A stretch of DNA of 64,000 nt from the NCBI GenBank assembly GCA_963704885.1, contig CAVPIB010000007.1, forward strand, positions 64,001 to 128,000. The letters run 5' to 3'. Each line of letters starts with the position of its first letter. Position 1 is the stretch's first letter. Positions 49,398 to 59,137 of the stretch are shown piece by piece. The notes under the pieces were generated by a model. That model did no database searches. It was given only the letters and a program-made list of their open reading frames with translations, and was not told the origin of the DNA. Made by a program: the position numbers and the translations under genes. The DNA is from an uncultured Actinomycetes bacterium. GTDB lineage: Bacteria > Actinomycetota > UBA4738 > HRBIN12.

Positions 49398-50395
49398 CTC
49401 GCCGAAGCCTCGACCAGCGAGCGGAGCCGACCGATGAAACGGGTCATGAACGCGGGCGAATCGACGTCCAGCGCCACGCGAGCGTTGTCCTCTGGCATCC
49501 AGCCGGTCGGCCACGGGCTGCGGCGGATCCCTCGCAGGTCCGTCACGGTCGCGCCACGGGTCCACGTGCCATCGGTCTCCACCTCGACACGGGTCGTCTG
49601 CAGTGTGGCGAGCGAAGGGTCGATCGCGATCGCGAGCGCCAGCGGGTCGTGCATCGCCGCGCCCTCGTCCGAGCCGAACCGTTCGTAGAACTCGATGTAG
49701 AACGGCACCATGTCCTGCAGGAACCGGGCGATCGCCGAACCCCGCGCCGGTTCGCACATCTCAGCGAGCCCAACTCTGTCCAGCCTTACTCGCTCCGTGA
49801 CGTCTAGCCCCACCCCGATCGGCAGCCGCTCTTCCGACGCTCCCGCGAACCCGCGGAACACGATCTGCGCTGCATCGGGGTCCCACCAGATGTTCGCCTC
49901 GGCGGCGGGCGTGATGTTGCCCTGATGATCGAACGCGCCACCCATGATCACGACTCCGCGCAGCAGCGATGGAAGCTCCGGCTCCATCGTCAATGCGATC
50001 GCGACGTTCGTTAGCGGGCCGGTCGCCACCAGCATCATTTCGCCGGGGCGTTCGCGCGCGCACTCGACGATCAGCGTCGCGGCGTCGCGATCCGATGGTG
50101 CGCTCGACGCGGGCGGCAATTCCGCCCGTCCCAATCCACGCTCGCCGTGGACGACCGGGAAGGGCAGGTAGTCGCGCCGGAGCGGACGATCGGCGCCGCG
50201 GGCCACCTCTACCTCGCCGTATCCGCATAGCTCCAGGACGGCGAGCGTGTTCTCGGTCGTGTGCTCGATACCGACATTGCCCATCACCGTCGTGGCGGCA
50301 ACCAAGTTGACCTCGGGCGAGGCGAGCGCCAGGAGGATCGCCAGGGCGTCGTCGACCCCCGTGTCGACGTCCAGGATCAGGGGAACGGGTTCCAC
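49394..50395 (-). CDS. Nucleoside hydrolase (IUNH family)
   Basis: DVDTGVDD, GNV, VHG..GLG, TGPLTN.A, MGGA, AEANI..DP.AA, GLDVT, HDPLA. Confidence 0.9.
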   Translation of the reverse strand: MEPVPLILDVDTGVDDALAILLALASPEVNLVAATTVMGNVGIEHTTENTLAVLELCGYGEVEVARGADRPLRRDYLPFPVVHGERGLGRAELPPASSAPSDRDAATLIVECARERPGEMMLVATGPLTNVAIALTMEPELPSLLRGVVIMGGAFDHQGNITPAAEANIWWDPDAAQIVFRGFAGASEERLPIGVGLDVTERVRLDRVGLAEMCEPARGSAIARFLQDMVPFYIEFYERFGSDEGAAMHDPLALAIAIDPSLATLQTTRVEVETDGTWTRGATVTDLRGIRRSPWPTGWMPEDNARVALDVDSPAFMTRFIGRLRSLVEASAR

Positions 50396-50396
50396 G

Positions 50397-51029
50397 TCAC
50401 GCCGTGGCTGGTTCCAGCGCGAAGCCGATCAACTTCGCGCCCACGTCCATGCACATGCGCTTCATCGCCTCCGGCGTCACCTGGGGAGCGTTCATCAGGA
50501 CCTGGACCGCCATCCCGTCGATCAGGGCGCCGAGCTGCAGGCCCAGGTCCTCCGGATCGCCACCGTCGGGGAACTCCCCGGTCTCCCGGCCGCTGCGGAT
50601 GATGTCGGCGATCGACTGACGCCACCGCCGGTCCAAGACCTCCGCCTCCTTCGCCAGCGCCGGATCGCGCAGCGCCCTGACCCAGATCTCGATCCAAAGA
50701 GCCCATTCCTCCAGACGCTCGAATTCGGCCAGCAACCCCGGGACGGACAGATCGACCAGCCGTTCGAACCGTTCGCGCGCCGTAGACAAACGGCGCAGGT
50801 CGCGTGCCTGCGCCAGGTAGTACTTGTCGTTCGCGTAGGTGAGCGCCTCTACCAGCAGGCGATCCTTGGACTCGAAGTAGTACAGGATCAGCCCGGGGGA
50901 TACCCCGCACTGTTCGGCGATGTCTGAGATCCGGGTCTCGCCCAAGCCTCGGTCCGTGATCACGCGAGCGGCGGCCTCCAGGATCTCCTGGTGCCGGTCC
51001 TTCGACTGCTTCTGACGGGTTCTGCTCAT
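50397..51029 (-). CDS. TetR family regulator (BetI-like C-terminus)
   Basis: ILEAA..VI..RG...TRI.DIA...GVS.GL..YYF.SKD.LL, W..W..A.RDP, ALIDG...Q. Confidence 0.88.
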   Translation of the reverse strand: MSRTRQKQSKDRHQEILEAAARVITDRGLGETRISDIAEQCGVSPGLILYYFESKDRLLVEALTYANDKYYLAQARDLRRLSTARERFERLVDLSVPGLLAEFERLEEWALWIEIWVRALRDPALAKEAEVLDRRWRQSIADIIRSGRETGEFPDGGDPEDLGLQLGALIDGMAVQVLMNAPQVTPEAMKRMCMDVGAKLIGFALEPATA

Positions 51030-51151
51030 CGAGGTCTCCTGTTGAACGCCGCACAGGTTGGAGGGTTACGGCCTCGCTCGACTGGCTGACGGTTCAGGGC
51101 ACTCTACCCCTCTGAACTGCGATGTCAAAGCCGCAGGTCCGGGGTGCGGAG

Positions 51152-51181
51152 TTGACTCATGATTCAAACTCAGGGCATAAT
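51152..51181 (+). promoter_or_regulatory. Promoter TTGACT-N18-CATAAT with palindrome TTGACT-CATG-ATTCAA overlapping the -35
   Basis: In the TetR / oxidoreductase divergent region; a weaker copy lies at 51082-51097. Confidence 0.6.
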
Positions 51182-51236
51182 CCATCGGTTCGCGGTCGGG
51201 CCGGCCGGGCGCGACGGATGGAGGGAACGAGACGGC

Positions 51237-52853
51237 ATGGCGAACGTCTACGACGCGATCATCATCGGCGGGGGTCACAACGGGCTCACGAGCGGGGCGT
51301 ACTTCGCGCGCGGCGGCGCCCGCACTGTGGTCCTTGAGGCCAGGGGCAAGACCGGCGGCGCTGCCGACACGAGCGCCCCGTTCCCCGATCACCCGGAGAT
51401 CAATGTCACGACGTACTCCTACGTCATGTCGCTGATGCCGCCGACGATCATCCGAGAGCTGAACCTCAAGCAGCACGGCTACGACGTCACGCCTTTCGGC
51501 CCGTACTACCAGGCGTTCCCCGACGGCCGTTCGATCACCGTTTACGCCGACGATGCGAAGAAGAGCTACGACTCGATCGCACAGTTCAGCAAGAAGGACG
51601 CGAACACGCTGCCGAAGTGGGAGGCGTGGTTGAAGGGTGTGGCCGACGTGCTGGGTCCGCTCCTGCTGCAGTCGCCGCCGAAGGTCGGCTCCATGGCGTT
51701 CGGGGATCTGATCGCGAGCGCCCAGTCCGCCTGGAAGATGCGCAAGCTCGGGGTCCGCGGCGTGGCCGACGTGACCCGTCTGTTCACGATGAGCGTCACC
51801 GACCTGCTGGACGACTGGTTCGAGTCGGACGAGATCAAGGGCATGCTCGCGGTGAACGGGGTGATCGGGACGTGGGCCGGACCTGATGAGCCGGGCACCG
51901 CCTATGTGATGCTCCACCACTCGATCGGGGACGTCGGAGACGGTCACCTCGGATCGTGGGGTTTCCAGCAGGGCGGGATGGGCGCGGTCTCCGATTCGAT
52001 CCGCCGCTCGGCAGAGTCGTTCGGCGCCGAGATCCGCACCGACGCCAGGGTGAAGAAGATCCTGGTGCGCGGCGGCCGTGCGGTCGGCGTCACCCTGGAG
52101 AACGGCGACGAGCTCCGCGCCCCCGTCGTGGTGACGTGCATCCATCCGCAGATCGCGTTCCTGGATCTGATCGACCGCCACGAGCTGCCGGCGGACTTCG
52201 TCTGGGACATCGAACGGTGGAAGACCCGGAGCGGCGTGGTCAAGGTCAACGTCGCGCTCTCCGAGCTGCCCGACTTCATCGCCGACCCGGGCAAGAACCA
52301 GCAGGACCATCACACTGGCTCGGTGGAGCTCTGCTTCAGCCCGCAGTACGCGGAGCGTGCGTTCCAGGACGCCCACATCGAGCGGAAGGCCGCCGTGGCA
52401 CCGTTCGTCGACGGAACCATCCCGACCACGCTCGACAAGAAGCTCGCGCCCGAGGGGGTTCACGTCTTCTCGATGTTCAGCCAGTGGGTGCCCGATGACT
52501 GGAACACCGAGCCCCACCGCGACGAGCTGGAGCAGTACGCGGACCGGATCATCGACAAGTACACGGAGCTGGCGCCCAACTTCAAGTCCGCCGTGATCGA
52601 CCGCCAGGTCATAGGGCCCTACGACATGGAGCAGGACCTCGGACTGATGGGAGGCAACATCTTCCACGGCGAGCTCAGCGTGGATCAGCTCTTCCACATG
52701 CGGCCGGCGCCGGGCTACGCCGACTACCGCACGCCTATCAAGGGCCTCTACCACGGGTCGTGCGCCACGCACGGCGGCGGCGGGGTGAACGGCATCCCCG
52801 GCTGGCAGGCGTTCAACATGGCTAAGAAGGACAAGGCCGTCGGCAAGAAGTAG
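51237..52853 (+). CDS. Phytoene desaturase-like (PYROXD2-type) FAD oxidoreductase
   Basis: IIGGGHNGL, GGAA, YSYVMSL, PGTAYV.LHH..G, GGMG.VS, GGNIFHGEL...QLF..RP, YRTP.KGLY, THGGGGV.G.PG. Confidence 0.85.
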   Translation: MANVYDAIIIGGGHNGLTSGAYFARGGARTVVLEARGKTGGAADTSAPFPDHPEINVTTYSYVMSLMPPTIIRELNLKQHGYDVTPFGPYYQAFPDGRSITVYADDAKKSYDSIAQFSKKDANTLPKWEAWLKGVADVLGPLLLQSPPKVGSMAFGDLIASAQSAWKMRKLGVRGVADVTRLFTMSVTDLLDDWFESDEIKGMLAVNGVIGTWAGPDEPGTAYVMLHHSIGDVGDGHLGSWGFQQGGMGAVSDSIRRSAESFGAEIRTDARVKKILVRGGRAVGVTLENGDELRAPVVVTCIHPQIAFLDLIDRHELPADFVWDIERWKTRSGVVKVNVALSELPDFIADPGKNQQDHHTGSVELCFSPQYAERAFQDAHIERKAAVAPFVDGTIPTTLDKKLAPEGVHVFSMFSQWVPDDWNTEPHRDELEQYADRIIDKYTELAPNFKSAVIDRQVIGPYDMEQDLGLMGGNIFHGELSVDQLFHMRPAPGYADYRTPIKGLYHGSCATHGGGGVNGIPGWQAFNMAKKDKAVGKK

Positions 52854-52856
52854 TCG

Positions 52857-54979
52857 GTGACTGAGGCGAGCGACGAACCCGAGGCCCGGATCACGCTCGA
52901 GCGCATGCTCGAGGCGCGCTCGGTCGCCGTCGTCGGCGCCAGCGTCAAGGAGGGCTCGCTCGGCCGCCAGATGATGGTCGAACTTCGCCGCGGAGGCTTC
53001 GACGGCGCCGTGTATCCCGTGAACCCCGGCTACGACGAGGTGCTCGGCGAGCGCTGCTATCCGTCGATCGCGGAGGTTCCCGAGGCTGTGGATCTGGCGA
53101 TCCTCGGCGTCGCGAACCAGCGCGTGGAGCAGGCGCTGCGCGATGCGATGGCGGCAGGCGCCCGGTCGGCGGTCACGTTCTCGTCGCTCTACGAGGAGGC
53201 GCCGCCGGAGCCCGGGATGCCCGGTCTGGCTCGAGCGGATCGCCTCGATCGCGCGTGAGGCGGGTATCCCGCTCTGCGGCGGCAACGGGATGGGGTTCCT
53301 CAACCTCGAGACCGACCTGCGAGCGACCGGGTTCCCCACGCCCGATCACATCCGCAGCGGTCCGGTCGCGTTCATCAGTCATTCGGGTTCCGCGTTCGCG
53401 GCGCTCGCGTTCAACGACCGCGGGATCGGGTTCAACCTCCTCGTGTCGTCGGGCCAGGAACTGGTGACGGATCTGACCGACTACATGGAGTACGCGCTCG
53501 ACCTCGCCTCGACCCGCGTCATCGCGCTCCTCATCGAGACGGTGCGGCGACCCCGAGCCTTCCGGGAGGCTCTTTCAGCGGGCGGTCGATCGAGACATCC
53601 CAGTGGTCGCTCTGAAGGTCGGGCGGACCGAACGTTCCAAGTCGATGGTGACCGCGCACTCGGGTGCACTCGCCGGCGAGGACGGAGCGTACGAGGCCCT
53701 GTTCGACGCGTATGGGGTGATGCGCGTGTCCTCGCTCGACGAGATGGCCGACGTCATGGAGCTGTTCTCGTCTCCGCGTCGCGTCACGACCGGACGTGGC
53801 ATCGCGTCGATCCACGACTCGGGCGGCGAACGTGCGCTCTTCGCAGACCTGGCTGCGGATCTCGCCGTCCCCTTCGCCGACATCTCCGAGGCCACGACGG
53901 CGCGCATCCAGGGAGCACTCGATCCTGGGCTCGAGGCTGCGAACCCCTTGGACGCCTGGGGGACCGGGATCGACGCCGATCGGATCTTCACCGAATGCTT
54001 CCGGGCGTTGCACGACGATCCCGACACCGCGGCGCTGGCCTTCGTCGTGGATCTGACTCGCCAGGGTGAACCGCACGACGAGGGCTACCTGAGGGTCGCG
54101 CGCGACGTTTCTTCTTCTACGACCAAGCCGTTCTGCGTGCTCTCCAACCTCGCGAGCGCCGTTGCGAACGACGAGGCAGGGCTCCTTCGTGACTCGGGCA
54201 TCCCGGTGCTCGAGGGGACCCAGTCCGGCCTCACCGCGCTCCGGCATCTGCTCGCATACCGGGACGCCCGCGCGCGAGCGCCGTTGGAGGCTCCTCCGCC
54301 GGTGCCAGACGATCTGCGCGAGCATTGGGTGAGGCGGTTGGACGCGAAGGACGAACTAAGCGAGCTGGAAGCGTTGGCCATGCTGACCGATTACGGCATC
54401 CTCACGACGACGGCGATGGGGGCTTCGTCCGAGATGGACGCCGTCGCGGCGGCGAACGAGATCGGGTGGCCGGTGGCGCTGAAGACCGCCGCTCCCGGCG
54501 TGCAGCACAAAACCGAAGTCGGAGGGGTCTCACTGGACCTGGCCGATCCCGATGCGGTGCGAGCCGCGTACACCGAGATCGCCGGGCGTCTGGGGCCGCA
54601 CGTCGTGGTCGCAGCGATGGCGCCGGCCGGGGTGGAGCTGGCCCTCGGCGTGGTGCGCGATCCGCAGTTCGGACCGCTAGTGCTTGTCGCGGCCGGGGGA
54701 GTGCTGGTCGAGGTGCTGCACGACCGACGACTGGCGTTCCCTCCCCTGGACGAGCCGCGTGCGCGAGCGTTGGTCGACGGACTAGGCGTCCGTCCGTTGC
54801 TCGAGGGCGTCCGGGGCGCGCCGCCCGCAGACGTCGACGCGCTCGCGCGGGCGATCGCCCGTCTCTCGGTGTTGGCCGCCGACCTGGGTGACCTCCTCGA
54901 GGCGCTTGACGTGAACCCCGTGATCGTCTCGGCCGGAGGATGCGTCGCGGTCGACGCTCTGGTCGTGCCTCGTCGATGA
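52857..54979 (+). CDS. NDP-forming acyl-CoA synthetase (acetate-CoA ligase family); frameshifts near 53225 and 53580
   Basis: SVAVVGAS, YPVNPGY, GGNGMG, SHSGS, HSGALAG, SGG, NPLD, GWPVALK..HKTEVGGV, DPQFGPLV, LDVNP. Confidence 0.8.
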
Positions 54980-55020
54980 CGGACGATAGTCTGCGAGCGT
55001 CGTCGTTGGAAGGAGAGCAC

Positions 55021-55326
55021 ATGATCGCCAGGGTGTGGCGCGGAGTTACACGCGCCGAGGACGGCGAGGCGTACGCCTCCTATATGGGCGGCACGGGCGG
55101 GAGAGCGCTCCTGGCCACTCCGGGCAATCGAGGCATCTACATGCTCCGACGCATCAAGGAGGAGAGAGCGGAGTTCGTGATGATCTCGCTGTGGGAGTCC
55201 GAGGAGGCGATCCGCGGCTTCGCGGGCGACGATATCGGTGTCGCGGTGTTCTACCCCGAGGATGAGCAGTACCTCGTGGAGCGCGAGCTCACCGTTTCCC
55301 ACTACGAGGTGATCGAAGACTTCTAG
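55021..55326 (+). CDS. Antibiotic biosynthesis monooxygenase (ABM)-like protein
   Basis: MIARVWRG, TPGNRG, EF..ISLWES.EAI..FAG.D...AVFYPED. Confidence 0.75.
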   Translation: MIARVWRGVTRAEDGEAYASYMGGTGGRALLATPGNRGIYMLRRIKEERAEFVMISLWESEEAIRGFAGDDIGVAVFYPEDEQYLVERELTVSHYEVIEDF

Positions 55327-55343
55327 TCTGAGTCAGACTAGAA
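55321..55343. repeat. Perfect palindrome TTCTAGTCTG-AGT-CAGACTAGAA containing both stop codons of two convergent genes
   Basis: TAG 55324-55326 (+) and TAG 55338-55340 (-) are the two CTAG arms; same core as 10448-10470. Confidence 0.65.
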
Positions 55344-56747
55344 GGGATCCTCTGCGGGCACGGTTCCCTCCGGCCAGCCTGGATACTCGTCGGGGTACTC
55401 GAAGGCGTCGCCGAACGTCTGGGCTCGGTCGGTGCTGACTACCGGCGCGCGTGGTCCGGCGGCGAAATCGAACACGTGCTCGAAGTTGTGGGTGTTCGCG
55501 ATCCGGGGCGTGAGGTAGTCCAGTCCCCAGTTGTCCGAGATGAACCGCAGCGGGGTCGAGAACTCGCCCACCTCGTCATCGATCAGGCCACGCCGGGCGT
55601 ACGGCGAGATAGTGAGCAGCGGGACCCGGAACCCCAGGCCGGTCTCGTCCAGCACGGGCGGCATGACGCTGTCGTAGAACCCGCCCCATTCGTCCCAGGT
55701 GATGAAGATCGCGGTGTGCTCCCACATGTCGCTCCTCATCACCGCGTTCACAACGTCCGTCAGCCAGTTGTGCGCGAACGCCGAGCTGGCCGGCGGGTGA
55801 TCGGAGAGCGCGAAGTGCGGCGTAACCCAAGTGACGGCCGGCAGCTCGTCCGCCTCGATGTCGTGCACCAGCCGGTCCACCGAGTTCGCGGCGTGCTCTT
55901 GCCACAGATCCGTGTGGAAGACGCCCTCGATCCCGTTGTACGCGTTCCAGAAGTACCCCACCTGACCGGGGACCGACGCGTAGTATCGCCAATCCACGCC
56001 GATCTCCGTGAGCTGTTCGCCCACCGTCTTGAACCGGAAGCACGTGTTGTGTTTCGTGAGGTTCCCCTGGTCGTCCTTGACCAGGACGAAGACGTCGTCG
56101 CCGATCGCGTCGCATCCCCAGCTCTTGAACCTGTAGTCGTTCGGTCCTAGCTCGACCTCGATGTTCTCGGGGTTGTCGATCACGCCGCCCGACTGCCCGG
56201 CGACGAAGAAGAAGTGGTTCGGGTAGGACGGTCCCAGTGCCGAGGCGAAGAAGTTGTCGGAGAGTGCGTACTCCTTGGCCCAGGACCAGTAGTTGGGGAG
56301 CTGTCCCTCCTGGAACTGCGAGTAGGACCACGGATCGCCGTACACACCCCCCGCGAATCCGTCCAGCTTGCCGTCGTTCAAGCAGTTCAGCGCCGCCGCT
56401 CGATCGTGGGGCAGGTCGCCTGGCAGCCAGTCGGGGCATCGGATGAGCTTCGTCTCCTCGCCCCATTTGACGCCCGTCGTGGTGCCGTTCACGCCTGGGA
56501 AGCGGCCGAAGAGATTGTCGAAGCTCCGGTTCTCCATCATCACGTAGAGCACGCGCTTGATCGGCCAGCGTGTGTCGATCCCGGTAGTTGCCGGTGACAC
56601 GCGGGGGATGACCTTCCCTCCGGTGCAGCTAAACAGCACGCCGCCGGCCACGGCCATAGCGGAGCCCTGCAGGAACTTCCGGCGGCTGACGGGGAGGGGG
56701 TGGGCGTCGCCACGCTCCTCGTGGTTGGGGTGGACTCGGTCGGGCAT
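55338..56747 (-). CDS. Phosphoesterase / phospholipase C family, Tat-exported (lipo)protein
   Basis: RRKFL, ENRSFDN.FG, DNFF....GPS.PNH, LPAV.W..P, HPP, TWDEWGGFYD, GFRVP...ISPYA. Confidence 0.85.
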   Translation of the reverse strand: MPDRVHPNHEERGDAHPLPVSRRKFLQGSAMAVAGGVLFSCTGGKVIPRVSPATTGIDTRWPIKRVLYVMMENRSFDNLFGRFPGVNGTTTGVKWGEETKLIRCPDWLPGDLPHDRAAALNCLNDGKLDGFAGGVYGDPWSYSQFQEGQLPNYWSWAKEYALSDNFFASALGPSYPNHFFFVAGQSGGVIDNPENIEVELGPNDYRFKSWGCDAIGDDVFVLVKDDQGNLTKHNTCFRFKTVGEQLTEIGVDWRYYASVPGQVGYFWNAYNGIEGVFHTDLWQEHAANSVDRLVHDIEADELPAVTWVTPHFALSDHPPASSAFAHNWLTDVVNAVMRSDMWEHTAIFITWDEWGGFYDSVMPPVLDETGLGFRVPLLTISPYARRGLIDDEVGEFSTPLRFISDNWGLDYLTPRIANTHNFEHVFDFAAGPRAPVVSTDRAQTFGDAFEYPDEYPGWPEGTVPAEDPF

Positions 56748-56819
56748 GCCCTCCAGTTCTATCAGGGAACCGGGCCATCGGTATCCTCGACGGGTCTAGG
56801 TCGGTTCGGAGGTCGTCGG

Positions 56820-57486
56820 TTGCGTAGGTTCTCGCGGTTCGTGCTGGCCTTGGCTGCGATCGGCGTGGCCCTGGCCGGCTGCGACTCGGATCGGCCTCCA
56901 GCGGAGAGCGCCACGCCCACGGTCTCGGCTCCGATAACACCCGCGTCCCCGACCGCATCTCCCACGCCGCCCGCTACACCGGCGAGCCCGCCGCCCACCA
57001 GAGGCGTCGCCTCGGCGGAGTGCGTAGAGGGGTGGGTCACCCCCCCGGCCGGAACCCCAAGATCAACCGAGCCTCTCGGCGTGATCCGTCGGACGACCGG
57101 TGTGAAGGGCCCGCTGGTGGTGGTCGACATGCGCTACTTCACCGGTCCGGATTCGCCCCCGTCGGATCAGCTCTACCTCCTCTTGGTCGAGCGCTGGTAC
57201 ATCAAGCTGCTACGCGCAGGAAGACCTCGCATTCCAGGGCCGGTTCCTGGTGGAGGCTCGCCGATTCGGTCGCGGCCTCGCGGCCGTTGCGCCCTACGAC
57301 TCGAGCGGGTTCGCCTCGCCCGACTGGATCGGGTTCCAGTTCGACAGTGCCAACACCGGTCGCAAGAGCTATCCGGGCATCCCGGGAGGCTGGTCCGGGA
57401 TCCCGTACGACTTCGTCCGGGGTGGTGAGGGACTCAAGATTCCGGGGCTGCCGGACGAAGTTAAAGGGTGCCTGGAGGGGACGTAG
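56820..57486 (+). CDS. Hypothetical lipoprotein; frameshift near 57210
   Basis: RBS GGAGG, LAGC lipobox, Pro/Thr-rich linker, continuation in a second frame. Confidence 0.5.
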
Positions 57487-57490
57487 CGCT

Positions 57491-57859
57491 ATGGGTATCT
57501 ACCAGAGTTCAGGCCACACTCGGAACCCGCTCGGCGTCGTTTCGGTGACCGTCGGTGCCGTCGGCGCGTTCATCTCCGCCGTGCTTTGGGCCTACCAGTA
57601 CGACCCGGGCGGTCCGTTCGTGCGCTCGATCGCGTCGAAGCTCGGGCCTGGCCTTGCGCTCGGCGACGGGATGGTGCTCCTGGCGGCGATCTGCGGAGGT
57701 CTGGCGATCGCGATGGCGATCGCGGGATCGGTGGGCGGCAGCACGAAAGGATCGTCCGCCATCGCGATCGTCTTCGGCGCCATCGCCCTCAGCTACCCGG
57801 TGCTCGGTTGGCTGAAGGTTCTCTCGCGACCCGTGCTACACCGGTTGCAGACGGGCTGA
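57491..57859 (+). CDS. Hypothetical membrane protein (3 TM)
   Basis: ATG start with three hydrophobic segments. Confidence 0.55.
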   Translation: MGIYQSSGHTRNPLGVVSVTVGAVGAFISAVLWAYQYDPGGPFVRSIASKLGPGLALGDGMVLLAAICGGLAIAMAIAGSVGGSTKGSSAIAIVFGAIALSYPVLGWLKVLSRPVLHRLQTG

Positions 57860-59035
57860 TCAAGGCTCGGACGGCCACGACGTGTAGGCGCCCACGCCGC
57901 GCTTCGATAGCTCGTTCGTGATGACCAGTCGCTGGATCTCTGACGTTCCCTCCCAGATCCGATCCACGCGGAGCTCCCGCCAGAGCCGCTCCACCGGCTG
58001 CTCACGCATGTAGCCGCGGCCGCCGTGGATCTGCACCGCCTCGTCGATAACACGCCCGGCCGTCTCGCTACAAACGAGCTTCACCGCGGAGGCTTGTGCA
58101 TGGAGCTCCTTCCGGCCGGTCCCGCCGCGGGCCGCCATCCAACACACCCGATAGAGCATGGATGTGGCGGCCATGAGCTCGGCGGCCATGTCGGCCAGCA
58201 TGAAGCCGATCGCCTGGAACCCGATGATCGGTTGGCCGAACTGCTCTCGTCCCTTCGCGAACGCGAGCGACAGCTCGAGCGCGCGCGCGGACGCGCCCAT
58301 CGTCCGCGCGCCGATCATCAGCCGCTCCTCCACGAACCAGTCTTTCGTCAGCTCGTACCCCTCACCGACCTCGCCCAGCACGGAGTCGCCGTCAAGTAGT
58401 ACGTCGTCGAACGCGAAGATCGGGTGTTCGAACACGAAGGTGTGCGTGTACTTGGGTGTGCGGACGAGGCGAACGCCCGGCAGGTCCTTGTCGACGAGGA
58501 ACACGGTGGGTTTCGCTGGATCGCCGTCGACGTGCGCGTGCACCAGGAAGAAGTCGGCGACGTCGCCGGAGGTTACGTGCCACTTCTCCCCGGTGAGCAC
58601 CCAACCGTCCCCGTCGCGCCGGGCGCTCGTTCGGACCATCGATGGGTCCGAGCCCGCCTCCTCCTCCGTGATGGCGTAGGCATCGCGCCGTTCGCCGCGC
58701 GCCGCGGGCCGGAGGTAGCGTTCCTTCTGGCCTTCGGTGCCCCGGGCGAGCGGTATAGATGGGCGCCACGGGATGTCCCACAACGCCCCCGTCGCCCGAC
58801 CCCACTGCTCCTCCACCAGCATCTGTTGGAAGGTGTCGAGGCCCTGGCCGCCGTCCTTCCGGGAGTGGTTGATCGCGTTGAACCGCTCGTCCAGCACGGC
58901 CTGCTTCGCGGCCGCGTGGCTCTGCGGCGAGAGTCCGTCGTTGGCCTCGCACTCGTCCTCGAGCGGGATCAGGACCAGTTCGGTGAACGCGCGGGCTCGT
59001 TCCTGTAGCTCGCGGTCCTCTAGGGAAAGGCGCAT
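57860..59035 (-). CDS. Acyl-CoA dehydrogenase
   Basis: AYAITEEEAGSD, L.GEKW, REQFGQPI, AVQIHGGRGY, RIWEGTSEIQR. Confidence 0.9.
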   Translation of the reverse strand: MRLSLEDRELQERARAFTELVLIPLEDECEANDGLSPQSHAAAKQAVLDERFNAINHSRKDGGQGLDTFQQMLVEEQWGRATGALWDIPWRPSIPLARGTEGQKERYLRPAARGERRDAYAITEEEAGSDPSMVRTSARRDGDGWVLTGEKWHVTSGDVADFFLVHAHVDGDPAKPTVFLVDKDLPGVRLVRTPKYTHTFVFEHPIFAFDDVLLDGDSVLGEVGEGYELTKDWFVEERLMIGARTMGASARALELSLAFAKGREQFGQPIIGFQAIGFMLADMAAELMAATSMLYRVCWMAARGGTGRKELHAQASAVKLVCSETAGRVIDEAVQIHGGRGYMREQPVERLWRELRVDRIWEGTSEIQRLVITNELSKRGVGAYTSWPSEP

Positions 59036-59137
59036 GTCCACGGGTCGGCGCTCCTCGTCTTGGGGGTTGCCTCTGGAGTGTAGGAGGACGCCTCGGGTAG
59101 GCGTGAGTCGGGTCAACGTTAGGTAGGCTCCGCCGCG

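Noticed and set aside
51237-52853. Carotenoid biosynthesis (crtI)
   Set aside because: No crtB or crtE nearby; motifs and context fit the PYROXD2-like catabolic group
51066-53339. Long antisense and alternate-frame ORFs (757 aa here, many elsewhere)
   Set aside because: Shadow ORFs expected in high-GC DNA; Arg/Pro/Gly-rich with no motifs
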